DNA of 64,000 bases from Styela clava (lineage: Eukaryota): the NCBI RefSeq assembly GCF_964204865.1, contig NC_135259.1:4464001-4528000 (forward strand). The letters run 5' to 3'. Each line of letters starts with the position of its first letter. Position 1 is the first letter of the stretch. The position numbers were made by a program, and so were the translations under genes. The notes beneath the pieces were generated by a model that was not told the DNA's origin, did no database searches, and was given only the letters and a program-made list of their open reading frames with translations. Below are positions 23,901 to 38,900 of the stretch, piece by piece.

Positions 23901-26900
23901 TATTTGAAAGCTCGCGAAAAATAGGATTTTTTGTACTCTAATTTGACCGCACGGTAGCAATTACGTGTGCGGTAGTCCCATTTTGCCCCACACCCAGAGA
24001 ATGTTGTTTACCCCACGCTTTTGTCAAGCACCTATTCGACAGCATTTTGTCATAGAATCCGTAGATACAATCTAAATGGGCTGATGCATCTCCTGTACAT
24101 TAAACTGAAATCATAAGCTTTGCATTATCTCTACATATCACTTTTTTCTAAATTTTGACCCCCTTTGTGTTGCTTTGACACAATTACGTAATTCTTGTTG
24201 TGACGTCAGCCGGCATTGTTTAATAATGTGTACGTTACCGGACCTGCGGAAACCCTAATATGTGATAAGTACCGACCGCACTTTTGTTGCCTTGTTCACA
24301 ATAATGTATCATGACTCGATGTCCACCGGGACCCGATCTTTGCTTTGAAATTGTTTTGCCTTGTGCGTACGTATTCATTTCGTAAAAAGTTTGTACTACT
24401 AGACGATCCTACATGATCAGTACATACCAATATTCAACTCAATATCTAAAAAGCTTTCGATGTCACATTTATGACCCTTGAATTCCGCCGAGGCGATATG
24501 CGTTAGATGCTCGGCTAATCCAAAACCACACAAAAATCGAACTTAATCCATGCGTGCTAAACACCGTCTATCTTCTTGTATTGTTTATACTGCTTGGCAG
24601 TAAATCATTAGTATATACAAAATGTAATTTAATGGCGCAAAGGGACCTAATAGCAGAGAAAATTAGGTTTCCGACTTTTAATTTAGTGGTACCTAAGAAT
24701 GCGTTAATGAAGTTGCGATAAGAAAATATATAATATATTTATTTTTTCCATCATATTCTCATTTTTTCAACCAACATTTACAAAACACATAATAGGATTA
24801 GTCTGTTATACCAATCTGCTTTTTGTTCAATTTACCAATGTATACAGCTATTCTTAATTGACTGAAATATGCGTACAGTGATATAGCAATAGAAGCAATT
24901 CGTTGAAAGCTTTAAATTGGTGATTTGTTTAGTTATGAATCGTTTACGGACGACAAAGCGCACCAATCTGAATCCCAATGTTAACAACTATGACCACAGT
25001 GTTCTCTGGTGATTCAATCTTACCGGCAAGAATTATGGCGGTCGCTAATTTTTTGTAGCTCTATCAAGGTATTTGTGCGCTTCCCTGGCTTTCTAATCAA
25101 TCTAATCTGCAAGATACACTGCACTGATAATTAAAAATTTGATGATAATGTAAATTCAACGTTTAGGCACTTATTAACGTTACGCAGTAAGAAATGATAT
25201 TTAATAATCGTCGATTATTACTCCAAGCCAATATCGATTAAGTAGAACAACAAAGTCGTAATGTTTTACACCGCACACCATTGTTTCCCAATATCTTGTC
25301 ATATATGTGGGGTAGTTTATTACAACCTGGCCATACACTAATGAACTTTCAAACCGCCTTTTTTCTGTATCTCAGGCTTGGTTAAATGCTAAATTAAAAT
25401 CTGAACGAAACAGAATGATATAGTAGGGTTTTATGTACACGGCTTTTAGTGATATGATTAACGTCTTTACTTATTATATTACAAAACCAATTATCAATCA
25501 TGTCAAGGGGCTGACGTGCTATACAGATCCCTTTCGCGGTGTAAGAGTCTCTGGGAAGGCGACTAAATATTGTGCCGTGGCGGACGGAGACGCCCGAGCG
25601 GTAATTTATGTTTGATGGAATAACTAAGCTAACATTCTGATCCACGCAATCCCGATTTGCTTTTCAATACAGTAGACAATGAGACGATTTTATTTGCTTT
25701 ACGCAAATATGGATATGTCCAATTTTTTAAGAAATAAAATTTTCCATCATATATCAAAAGTTATTATTTTATTACTAAGTTGTTTTCGCAATCTTGTTCA
25801 CAGAATCGAATAACCTCGTATGTTATAGTAAGCTTCGGCCGTTGGCCTTGATGACGTCAAAGCCAAATAAAAGCTTAGTATAGTAAGTGTTACCCGTTAG
25901 GAAATAAAACTGAAAATATGGAGGTAATTTTATACACCTATCTTATAGGATTTTCAACAATATCATTCAAATAAAAATGTAAAATTGAATAGTACATTGT
26001 CTCTATATAACTGCTGATCAAATTTATATTTCCTACGTGGTAACCAATATTGCCACTTTATAGCCCATAAACTTTACGATATCACAGCGCTAAAGAAAAC
26101 ATAGTTTAGCGGCAACGTGTAGTCTAGCCGGTTTAATAACCTATCTTAAAAATGAATTTTTGAGGCGGAATTTTTAAGGAAGAAAACTTGTCTCTGCTGG
26201 AGAAGTTTTTTTGTACAAATCGGGCGATCCTAACACTCATGTGTCCCAAATCAGGAAGGTTTTCTTTCTGAGAAAGTTCAGTTCTCGGACATGGTGGTTC
26301 AAATTCCATGCGCACTTCACAACTTGAGAATTCTACTGTAGGAAATTGCTTTAACCTTTTTATCAGAATTCAAAAGTATTGTTTTCCATCGTTATCATGA
26401 ATTGGTTGGAGTGCAATTACGATCTATATAAGATATGTGAACGTACTGATAGTACATTGCAGTCTTAATGGGTTTCGTGCACTATTTCAACCGGTATGCA
26501 TTACCATAACTTGGCACCAATTCCCACCTGACTAGGAAAGTACTAAGTCTGTGGTATCACATTTCCTGACGAACTACAAGTCAGGTATTGTAAAGCCGAA
26601 ACTATTCGAGGCATCGAAATTCAGTAGCGCAGTGGTAGTGCATCAGGTCTGGTATTTTCCCCATTCGTCTTTGTTGATAGCTTTTTACTTTTGAACTTAT
26701 TGTTTCACGATTAAGACAGTTCCCCAAACACGTAAAGCAATCAAGATATACTAAAATTGACTGTGTAACAAGTTTATACTTTATACATACTAAATATGGC
26801 TGCATCGCGTTATGCGATGCTATGCTATCCTTTGCGGATTATCTCTATTTTGTGTTTTTCTTCATAAATCGTGGGAGCCTTCGGGATCTACCACATTTTG

Positions 26901-29900
26901 CCATTGTTTTCATGACAACAACCCGTCTGTCGATATTTGGCCTTCTTGGTTTAGGACCTAAATATTGAGGTTATGCATCTGGACTATATTTCCATCAAGT
27001 AATCTTGTATATTTTTACCAGATGCTCAAGGTATGGGTTCATATATAGCCAAGCTTGCACTGCATTGGTTTTTTTAATTCAATAAGCCGGTTCGGTAATT
27101 TCTATTTGCTTACACGACGGATGAGACGACCTTGCTATTGCTCTTTACTACATTGACTTATAGCTTTGAAGATTTACAATGTGACACCCTGTGTTTCACG
27201 TTTCTTAAGTGGACTTTGTTCTTATCCTGTTTGTTGTGGCTGTTCACTGGGGTACACTGTGTTACCATAATATTTTTCTCATTAGATTTTCGACCTTTTT
27301 AGTAAAGCGGTATTTAGGTTTCTGGTCCATAACGCTTAATTTGTTACGTAGTTGGATTTTTGATTGGGTTTGCATATTTTGCGAAAGGAAGTATGGTTAT
27401 AAGATTCTTTTTTCATGCCCATCGCTGGGGGAGGGGGGGTCTTAAAAATACTTAATTCCTCAAGGCTTACGTGGATAATTCATTAACATTTTTAATTTTT
27501 TGAGATATACACTAAGCGAGATGGTATTTCCATTATGTTGTAAATCTAATGATTCAAATCGAAGTATGACGTTGAATACATGCTTTACGTCACAAATCGT
27601 TATACGCGCCCGCTTTATTTACCGAATGCCAGCTATTATGTCATTTTTGAGGCATAGGAGAATAGCAAGGCAAAGAAGGCCTTTCCAAAGTCAGAACATT
27701 GAAAATGATTGGCATATTTATAACACGAATGATCTATTAATTTCTGTAACTTCTTTCGCAATTTTAAATCTACGTAAAGACGTAAAGAAATACTCATTCC
27801 CTTTCGCATTGAAAAGTAGCGTTGTAGCGATATTTCATCTTTCGAGTAAATTTGATTATTATTTTGATCAAACCACTATTTAGTTTCCGTTGGACTGGTA
27901 ATCGTCTACCAAACAATCCTTTGTAGCCATCGCCAACAATAATATTTTTAAGTTTTTAAATCGTGTGCGCAAATGAGGGACTCATTGGTTAACGAACAAA
28001 AGGACTAGATTTACCTTCCGGATTAAATTAACCAGTCATCTCCCACGGGCTTTAGTTTTCGTAAACCATTGAAAAATATAGTCTTGTTTGAAATCTTTTG
28101 TCGGGCTTATGAGTCGGTCCGGCGATTAAAAATATGATAAAATTGAATAATTTTTAATGTTATTGGCCCTTTTTATAAATGTAGTATTCAGCTTACTTAT
28201 ACAAGTTTGTTTTCGGTTGTATTAACCGCACGTTTCACATTGGTTATACATTATTTTTAAATATGATCTGTGGTAATACTTTTATTTTCCTCTTGGGCGA
28301 ACATCATTATTACCGGCAGTTGCTCATCTAATCACCTCTTTTGCTTTTTCTTGAGGCAAAATCGTCTTCCAATCCGATGACTGACATGAAAGTCGATGCC
28401 CGTAATGATATAATTCTCCAATGTCGGTGTCAATTTTTCATTACGAGTTCTCAAAAGCCATTTTCTGTACTGTTTGTCTGAAATATGGCACGGATCGCTT
28501 TTAAATCCGATTTGTTTAAAAAAATTTACGCAATATTAACTCAATAGTGGTAATGATTATGTGTCACTACAAATAATTTTATATAATTGTTATTTTTTCG
28601 TAGGCTTTGTGACGTCATCACCAGTTGACGAAGACCTTACGACGACGGCGGCGTCTGATTACGAAGAATTGTAAGTGCCTTTTTTTGAAAGTCCATCATG
28701 AAATCCGGACTCTTGTAGTAGGAATACGACTAATAGACATTTTGTCGACTGTGTACGAATAGACACAACCTCTGAGTACGTTACTCCTGTCCGATCATTT
28801 TAGTCACACCAGTATTGTTTTACTTTTCAAGTGCTTGTCATCGATTAGATATCCTAAGTTGCCCTGTATTTTGATACCAGCAGTTTTATTACCGTGTCAT
28901 TAAAAACAGTCATGTAAACACTTATTATTACCGTGTGGATTCATTTTGAGTTCATGGTACTATTATACTGTTATGATCCTTTTGTCATATATATAAACCA
29001 GACCGTCGGTAGTTGCATTTTGAGTACAATTGTTTGCTAATCAGTTGGCTTTACCCCCAATCACCCACCCCGTCGCACCTAATGATGTTACTATGACAAC
29101 GAATTAATAATTATTCCCTTTGTTTTTATTTCAGAGACGACGACAACTTCGAAGGTAAACTTCGTCTTTATATTTTAAATTCATGCATGAGCGTTTACTG
29201 ACATTAACGAATAATTCGCTCATTTTTGGTGGGATTTGTAATAAGGAGCTTAAAATACCCCTTGATGCTATTATACTTATCATATTGTCAAGTTAGTCAA
29301 ATGATCTTACGGTTTCCTTTTGTAACGAAAGGTGTTTAACATTTCCATAGTTTTCGATAGCGCTTTAAGAGCTTTATGTATAGAGTGGGTGGTAAAGGAA
29401 ACCTTAATGACAAGTAACTGCTTGAAATTTAGTTTCTGTTTTCTATAACGAGCGCTCACGCTTGTCACTGGCTCGCCAAACTTCTGCCAGGGGATATTAC
29501 GGAATGTTTATCTGCTCAAAAATGTTACCAATGTACTACGTTTGGTAAAGTACTTTGCAAACCCGCTATCAATTTTCTACGACAGTAGTAATTTAAACAG
29601 CTGCGTTTCGCTCTGATTGAAATTTGAAACGACGTAAAATTGTTTAGACTTTCGTTGATGTTATTTGTATTATGTCGCAGTGCCACTGGTTTACATTACG
29701 AATTAAAAACTTAATCATTAATAATACTTAGAAGTATACTATGGAGCTATATTATGATGGAACATAAATAGCCGGACAACAATTCAAAATTCCTAGTCGT
29801 TTTTAAGAATCATAAACATGGTAGATTCGTTTTGCTATGTATCAAACTTCATACGATTTTTCGTCAAGAATGAAAGTCTTACAACCCTATTGCTTTTCTT

Positions 29901-32900
29901 TTGGTGGAAATCAAGTTGCACACAAACACGATACATTTCGCGTCGGCTAAGATGTTATTGTCAGTAGACGCCGCAAACGGCACACCCTTGCCGAACTGCA
30001 GCCAAACTTACAGCACTTGATGTTGGGATGGTATCATACCCACTACACCAGAGAGCACATTGAAATCTCTCTCACCGGTAATAGTTATTTAGGGTTATTG
30101 GCAACGATAGTTTCGTTATGATTGCTAAAGTGCTTTTCGTCATTTGTCAAAGGCTGTCATAATTTTGTAACCAAACCCACCGGCCATGAATCACATTTCT
30201 CCAAAACCGCAAAGAGCTAATTTTCGTAATTAGTGTGGTGCAGTTAGGGATAGAACATTGCGCGTTTTTTTTGGCCACATATTTGCATTTTTCAAATTTT
30301 CTATATGTATTTGCAAAAGAATGTTTTAAGATACTATTACATCATGAAAATGGTATTATGCCGTACTCGAAGATTACAGTTTGGCTCGGTATCCAAAGCC
30401 GTAATCCTTCGAGGCAACTGTCAAATGACAACAAACAAACTCATCTTCCAACCATGTATTGCTCATCCGGCATAGCTGAGGATTTTAATATTACCTAAAT
30501 GCCTATGGATTATGCGGTTTGATTTGGTGTGATCTGACATTCTTAGAATGCAAAATATCTGGTCGTGTTGAATTATAGAGAATCTCGTTAGGTTTGATTT
30601 GGTGTGATCTGACATTCTTAGAATGCAAAATATCTGGTCGTGTTGAATTATAGAGAATCTCGTTATCATGGTCCTTCAGTAAGTCCCTGTTGCTACAATG
30701 AAAGGAAGTAATGTTTCTGTCGAATTTGTCTCATCATGACAAAGCAAACTTATGCGCTATTTCAGATTTTGCTTTGTTGTGTGGAAGATCACTTTATATA
30801 CCTCATTCTAATTGCAGTTTACACATTGTGCAGCGAAATTCTCCACAAATTAGCTCTCCCCACCACTTCAGCGCATGTATATATAATAATTGCCGCTTGC
30901 GAGTGCGGGAAACGGTGACGGTACTGAGTAATAATTACGGGTCAGAGCCCGTGTTTAACTGACATTGGCTTGGAATTTCACTTGACAAAATTGCGTTCCT
31001 AAGGTTCTTGACGGTCTAATTTTGGCGCGTTGGGTCACGTTTTCGAATTATCTTAACTATTTTACAAATATGCTCTTTGTCGGGGTTGTTGTCCTCTTTG
31101 TTTACATCAATTGTAAATTATTACGAAATCTATCTATTTGAAAGAGGCAAATTTCTGTTCCACAAATTGATTAACGTGAATTCTTTTATGTGGTCGATGG
31201 ATAAAGCCTACATTCCTGTCGCTTTTTTATCGGCGATAAATTTTTGATATTCATATAATATCCTATCGGAAATACACATGGCACAGCGTTCTATATTTAT
31301 ATACAGTATTCGATCCCGATCTGTTACCCACTTCGAGATATTGACACATTTTTGGCGGGTTTTGTGTCACGTTATCATAATATTTAATCAAAATTTAGTG
31401 GTGTCACTAGATATTTTAATGTCACTAGATCCTTATCGTACAAGTAAAGGGGATGAATGTGCCCAATTATGGACTGCTCGTAATTCCTTCGCTCGCAAAG
31501 TAGTCGCCATCAAATCTCATAATTTTTAGTCGATTCACTGGACTTTCTAAACTCTCTTTATATCAAGTAATCACACGAAATCGTGCTAGTTTTTCACAAG
31601 AACACTTATCGAATATGATTCTATCTCCTGTTTTTGTATGATCAAGTTAAATTTGATTTTTGGGGTTCCGGAATTTCTATTTTTCGGTATCTGTTTTCTG
31701 GTTTGTTAGCATCGAAAATTCCCAACTTTTCGTTCTAGGATTAGCAAAACCGCCACCATTCCGACGCCATCGCTGGCTCACCGTACCTTTAAATTATTCA
31801 AGAAATGAACTGTGTGGCATTGGCAGAGGCATCCAATGTCAACATTCAAGTAGCATTCGATGGTTGCCAGATAAACATAGTTTAAATTTTTAATCTACTG
31901 TTTATTGATAAGACGCTCAGTTTAGCGTGGAAGAAATATTTTTAAAGTATTATTATTTAGATAAGGAATAACGTTTGGTCGAGTATATGCCGTACATGGA
32001 ACGAACTATACATCACTGGCCCATCTATGGGAATATATATTTTAAAAAATAATATAAAATGAGTTGTTTTAGTTTTAAAGTTTGTCTCACTTCGCAATTC
32101 TATGCACCTAATGCAATTTTCATTACTTAGTATATGTAAAGTAAATAAAGAGTTTTCAGTGAGGGTGGACTGGGGGCCTCCATCCTATACTAGGAGATTT
32201 TTGATACATCATATTTTGTTGTTATTGGTGTGTTTAGTGCTCAAATTCTCTTAATTTTTAGCACAAAATGAAGACTAGTTTTGGTTATTGAAAAATCGAA
32301 AAAAGGATTTTTTTCTAAGATTCCATATTTCAATGCTGTTTTAATTTCAGACTGTAAAATTTCTACAAAAATGTTTCTATACTCAAGGGTGTTGAGGAGT
32401 TTTGTGTTTTCTTTGAAACACATTTTAGTTATTACATTTTTGAAAGAATATGCCATATTGTCCGTGGTCAGTAAAAAAGCCAATACTCCGACCCGTCAAA
32501 GCACCGTTAAATCCTATTAACACGCTTGGATTCGTTTTGACAATATTTAAATTAAATTTGAAATCTGTTGCCATGTGCCTGATTTAGTCGCGCGGCCGAC
32601 ATCGTCGTCAGTACTGAATTATGCAAACAAATATGTTGTATTTATATGGTACATGCTTTATAGGTGAAAACCATATAAGTCGTATATTCCATAAATCTAC
32701 AAGCTTGCTAATATATTATTTTTGTCTGGGTGAAACGTTTTTATTTAGGTGTCTATTTTGGTATTTTCCGTTTTTCGAACTACAATGAAAGAATTAAAAA
32801 ACTAGGAATTATTTTTGGGAAGTTTTCAAATTCAGTCGTATAAATTTTCAAGTGCGAAATTGAAATTCGATCTTGTTAGGGTATTGAATTTCGTTCCTAC

Positions 32901-35900
32901 ACAAATTTCGCACACCGTAATTTCAACATAATCTAATCTAAGGCGAAAATGCATCGTTATGCGAATTGCAAGCATTTGTCTCTTTGTCAAATCAGCATAC
33001 AGAATATTTCTTATTCTCATGCAACCTAAGTATATAGAACAATTGGCGTTGCCGCAAAGCGAAACGTCTTATACGCTTCAAATCCACCCAGCGTCTACCC
33101 TTACTCGATTTGACCCCGGGTTAAGGGTGAAGAAAAACTACAATAGGTGGGGTCTCAAATGCGCGATGTGAACCCACTAAACCTGTAAACTCAATTTATG
33201 CTCTAAATCTTATCCTTGCTAAGTTCTTGCAAATAATCTAAGATTTGTTGATGTTGGACAAAGCCGTATGCCTGTACTCCGCTAATAGTTCATATACAAA
33301 CTCATGGCTTGACTTGACACGGCAAATGGTCTGAATTAGCACGCACTTCAGGATTATCAAATATATATTTAATTGTGGCCTACTCCGTAAAAGCACGTTG
33401 GGCTGCCAGCCTGCCACATAGACCGCGGACATATACACAAACGTACAGAAGTGTACTATGTGAAGTGTGTTTATGTTATATGTGAAGACTTATTTTTCAA
33501 TTCTGTTCAATCACTGAAACGATGAGGAATGTGCCAAAATATGTGTAAAGTTGTGGTATAAGTGCCAAACTATAGACTAAGTCGAGCTCAAATAATCGAG
33601 TCATTATTTTAGTCGAAAATTGTGACAGTTAAGCTTTATCAGAAGTGATCCTTCGTAACAAAGAGTTCGTTTAATAATACGCGAACCACTAAAAATACTT
33701 GAATTTCGGAGTCGCTTTTCAATCTCGGAACACAATCACCCGCGGGCACTTGTTACGCTGAATGCCATCGACGTTCACAATCACCCAGCGAGATTCGCAA
33801 CTCTTGATAAATATGTCATTTAAATCTTCTGCACGAAACCGTTATTAATGACCCATTCACTTGTAAAAACCTTATCAAACGTAAAAATCACTCGGCAATG
33901 ATTTTTCATGAAAAAGAAAAAAAAATTTTGTGCATGGATTCGTGGTTTGGCAGTTTTTCAAATAACTGGAACTCCGGTTTCATCGCGTACAATAGTTACC
34001 ACTTAAATTCTCTTACTTTTGCGTTCTTTTTTTTCTTGTAATAAATCAAGTCAACTTCGTTTAATTTCGTTTATATAATTATTTTTACGTCAACGTAAAC
34101 ACTTCTTGACGGCGCTCATGAAAAATTAACAAGGATTAATTAACAAAACTCGAACTCATATAGACGGTAATCAACCTCTTTTGTGGCGTGATTCATCTTC
34201 GTCGACTTTTAATGTACTTATTTGCGAATTCTGTATATATGATTCATCCAATAACAGATATCCCATGGGTGTAAAATTGATAGAGGCAATTTCTAGTAGG
34301 TCTGGCATGGTGTATAAATTAATCGAGCCCCGAATAAAGGGTTTACAATTATTCACTCATCTTTGGACCGAATTGAATTTAATCGATTTTCTTCTACAAT
34401 AGAAAACGATTTTTAAGATGTTACTAAGCCGTTTCTCTGCCATAAACGCACAGTTTTGGTCGTGATTTGTTAACTGGAAGCTAACTTATATTTACTCAGC
34501 TTTAAAATCCGTAAGGTCCGGTTCCGTTTCCCATCTGCAGGTAGCACACAGTCGATGTGTTTAAAAAGACAACAAAGCGGTCCGTTATCTCTATTGTCAT
34601 CCCTCGGTTGCCGTGATCCTACAGCCCGATAAACCCATTGTTAAATATCAGACTGAAAGGAGAACTTAGGCTTAGACCTGGGTCGATTAGTCACCGCAAA
34701 AGTCACGTTAATTTATCAATATTCTATGACATTCTGGCCTTTCAGCCCATAAGGCGGTAGCACACGTTTTTCCTCTTCATATTCACGTTCGAATAACCAG
34801 TGACTTGGTGTTCTCACACGCAGAAGCGGATGTGGATTCTTTGGAACATTTGTCATTCATTATACGTGACTTTGACAAAAGTATTGAAATTTTTAGCACT
34901 GTGTATTATTATAAATTCCAATTTTACTACTGTTGAATTTTTTCACTATAGTATTGCGCGAACTCTAATTCACGCGATAGAATTAATAGTTTGATAAAAT
35001 GTTTCAATTTAATGGAGATTTTGCCGTTGCTATATTTAATACAAGACAAATCGTATTGATGAATTACTTTTTCGGTCGAATTTAATAAATTCACGTATTT
35101 TTGACGAAACAGGTGTAAGGGACCTATTTACTTTATTTACCAATTATTAATCAAATCTGTAACTCGTTCAACTTCAGCCGTTTCTATCTGTCGTATTTAC
35201 CATACGTTGTGTAAATATAATTGAATTCAGCGTAACTATATAATTTCACTTAAATTCACTTGTTTTGGCTTATTTGTTAGATCATCTTAAATCTACTTGA
35301 ACATGCGTGCTTTAGATTTGTTCCGTTCGACTCGTTAAAAAGATATATTGGCATTCTGAAAATTGATAACTTTGCGGATTGATGTTTAACTCCCCTTTCA
35401 CTTGGGGTTAATATGTCACGCACGTCGTATCGTGTGGCATAAAGATTTAACAAACGTTGGATATTTGTCAGAAAATGTACCGTTACTAATACTTCCTTTG
35501 CAAATAGCGAGGCAGTATGATTAAGCTTTGTGTTTACCTGAAGTTTTCACATAGAATGATATTTTTAGTAGCCACTTCTTGTGTTTTTTATGTTTCCTAC
35601 ATATCAAATAATCTGCATGTGTTACTTTTATATTCAGTAATAATTAGAAGTATAATCAGGTTTAAGACAACGTTATTTGTTTATTTCAGAGTACCATGAT
35701 TTAGAATTGACTGAAGGAATGGAAGATGAATATCTACAATCTGGAGAAAAACTTCAATTTCGATGTCGAGTTAGCGTTGTACCAAAACGGGATCTCACAT
35801 TCACTTGGTAAGATATGTTTGAGGTTGTTTAAAAATCTTTAAAATTATGACAACCAACATAGTATGATTGGGAATATAATTTAGACAAAATTTGTGAGGG

Positions 35901-38900
35901 CGACGATACGATACACTCACAGTCGTGAGAAGAGGGAGTTTGTTACGCCGTCGTCATTACGTCCCACGACGTGTTTACGTCGCGGCTACTTTCCATTTCA
36001 AAAACAAAATAAGCTTCATATTTCGCTGATGACACCATCTTGGAATTGTTTTGTGTCGTGGGCTCATTGACCTTCTAACCTTTTCACAAATCGGGATATA
36101 TAATCCTCTACTAAATTTTTGTGTCTTTCTCTTTCGATTATTTGGTTATTGATGGGAAGCTCGGTGAATTTTCTACTGAGCTCGATTGTGTATTTACAGG
36201 TATAAAGATAATATGAAAATTAAAACTGGCGAAGACGAAAGACTGTCAATGAAAGAAAGAGAATGGGGATCAAGACTTCAAATCCTTGACGTTTACACAG
36301 CCGATTCCGGCGAATACAGATGTGAGGCTTCTGATGGAGAAAAGAGCGTTTTCACTACCGCAAGACTGACGGTCGCTTTCAGTAAGTTTATTTTTTTTTT
36401 ATAATGCTACTAGTTGGTTTTATTTTGCGGAAAGTGTGATTCGAATGGCGTTCATTTTTGAACAAAATTTTTCTAATTTTACCCGTTGTCTATCTCTAAT
36501 GACTCGAGACGTTTTTTATTCTGACGCTACTGGTTCTACTTTACGAAAAGTATGACTCGGAAAGATTTCATTTTTGAGCAGATTTTTCTAATTTCTGCTT
36601 TTTTGTGAAAGGTTGTCTTACTTGTCTGTTCTTAATCGTTAGGGATTTGCCGTATTTTGACGAATATTCTATGCTGTGCGTTTCGTCCAGGTTACACGCC
36701 TTGGAATAACTTTTTTTCCAACTGTAACCAACAAAAAGAATCCATTTGTCAATATGACAGTCTGTCATCCATCACTCTATAGAATCAATTATCTTAACTT
36801 CATTTCCCACCAAACCATTAGAAAAAACGCCCATTTGTTATAAAGCTTTGTTTGTACTTGTTAAAAACACTAAGGCACGAGCTCAAAAGGTATCTGGTAG
36901 TCTAAACCGACCAAGAAAATTCGATCAAAATTTTCTTCAAAATTTCATTGTTATTTTTCTGCGATGTATATTTAATCGGAGGGCGGGGAATGGGAGCGAG
37001 TATTTCTTTTGTCAAAACTCTGTTTAAAGATATCATGCCGTTTAGATTTGGCCCTTAGGTATCCATGCTTTAAAAATTAAAAAGTATCTATCTTGTCTAC
37101 ACGGCCGTGTATACGTCATCGCGTGTTTGTACTAACTCTATTGTTGTGGTCAACTGGTAAAATGGCTCTTAGTAAAATCGCATTGTGGAAGTAATAACAC
37201 GGGATTTGTGGTTAGGCCGAAGTTTCTTCAAGAGAATATACACTTTCGTGTATGTGTTGTTCATTCTACTTAACTGCGTTCATACGTTGTGATTTGTGAC
37301 CGAGTCTAACTAATCTCCTACGATAACATTAGCCTGAGAAACACGAAAATGTACGAGTCGTTTTTTTGTAGTAAAGTGTTCTCAGGTGTTTGTAAACGTC
37401 ATCCGTATGGGAGGCGTCATGTCCCTTGACCGGACTACTTGAACTTCCCATATAGGTTAAATTATCACTATTCATTTCACTAACACATGCCAGGGATACA
37501 ATCATGATAAAATTTTCTCTTATCCATTGCATCGTAGTGAAATATTTTTCATTCGTATATTTGGGTTAGATTTTGAATTACTCATTAATAACTGATTTTT
37601 TTTTACTATATTCGAATTGTATTTACCAGACAACGGCGAATCTCCCAACCCGCTCTTTTAATTTATCATCAGATGGGGTAATGTATATATTACCAGTTCA
37701 CATTAATCATGTGCTATATTAATTTCAAAAGTACGACTCCAAACAAAACTTCCCATTAATATAAATTCAGTTTGTCTCTTTCAATTTCGCGTCTCGTATT
37801 TTATCTAATATCAAAAAAAAAATAGGTAATTTTACGCGTCTTCGAGTGTAACCAAAAAAAGAATTGTAAATATATTAACCGAATTATGTTCCACCATGTT
37901 TGGTCCAAACAAAGCTTGCAATATATCACTTCTTTTTACTAGTACTTTTTTTCTTCCGCAGCCACATAACTGCATATGCAGCCTAATTAATTGACGTTGT
38001 GAATTTAAAAAATAATTCACATAAATAAGATGAAAAAAATATATAATTTTATCAGTTAATTCACTAGTTGTTAATATTTATCGACAGGACTTCTCATCCC
38101 CACGGAGAGGTAATATTATGTAGTCGTTCTCGCTTATATATTATTCATGTAGTGAACCGATAATTTATTCTCGGAATCCACAGTTCCTGCATGTCAAGAC
38201 TATTAAACCCCTTTTGGGGCGAAAAGAGGTGCTTATTTCGTGGCAAACTAAAATTTGTGGTTGAAAGTAACCTATTTAGTGGGTTTTTGATCGATATTTA
38301 TTGCATTGTTTCTCCGTCTGTTGTTGTGTTCCCTCCATTGAGTACATTAATTATACAGGAAATTTCACTGTAGTCGTTATTTTGCAATTGCCGCTAATAG
38401 AAACGTTCCAGACTTTGGTAGTTGTGGGTAGACTTTCAAATCCAAATAACAGAGTAACCGAAATATAAATAAAGACCTCATTAAATTCCTAATAACTTGA
38501 ACTGTTTGGGTATGATTGTACCACAAAGTTTCAGTAATCTAGTACGCTTTGCACAAAAGTTATGTTTTCTCTAGAATATGTTCCAAATATATCATAAAAA
38601 TATGTTGGAATATGTACGGATGTGACTGCGAAATTTGTATTCCTAAATGTCAAGCGTCATTAGCTTGAAGTACACCCCCCTCGTTAAATTCTATAAGATG
38701 CCAGATTAACTTTTGGTGACGCCAATCAAACGTCACAAAGTATTTGTCTGATGCCACGTCAGTGACAGATTTCGCTGAAAGCTTGTCGAAGTCGATTCAT
38801 TCGAATTCATCCATCGAATTTCCTATTGTATCGATCAAAAGTTTGAACTTGGCGATTGACGATAATACCTTTACTAGAATATTACTTCTACTCGTTTGTT

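Noticed and set aside
26285-26315. GGTTCAAATTCC hairpin resembling a tRNA T-arm
   Set aside because: No acceptor stem, D-arm or anticodon arm could be built.
37630-37677. 48-nt ROR exon using the upstream CAG acceptor
   Set aside because: Gives an in-frame TAA in the required phase; only the 5-nt version fits.
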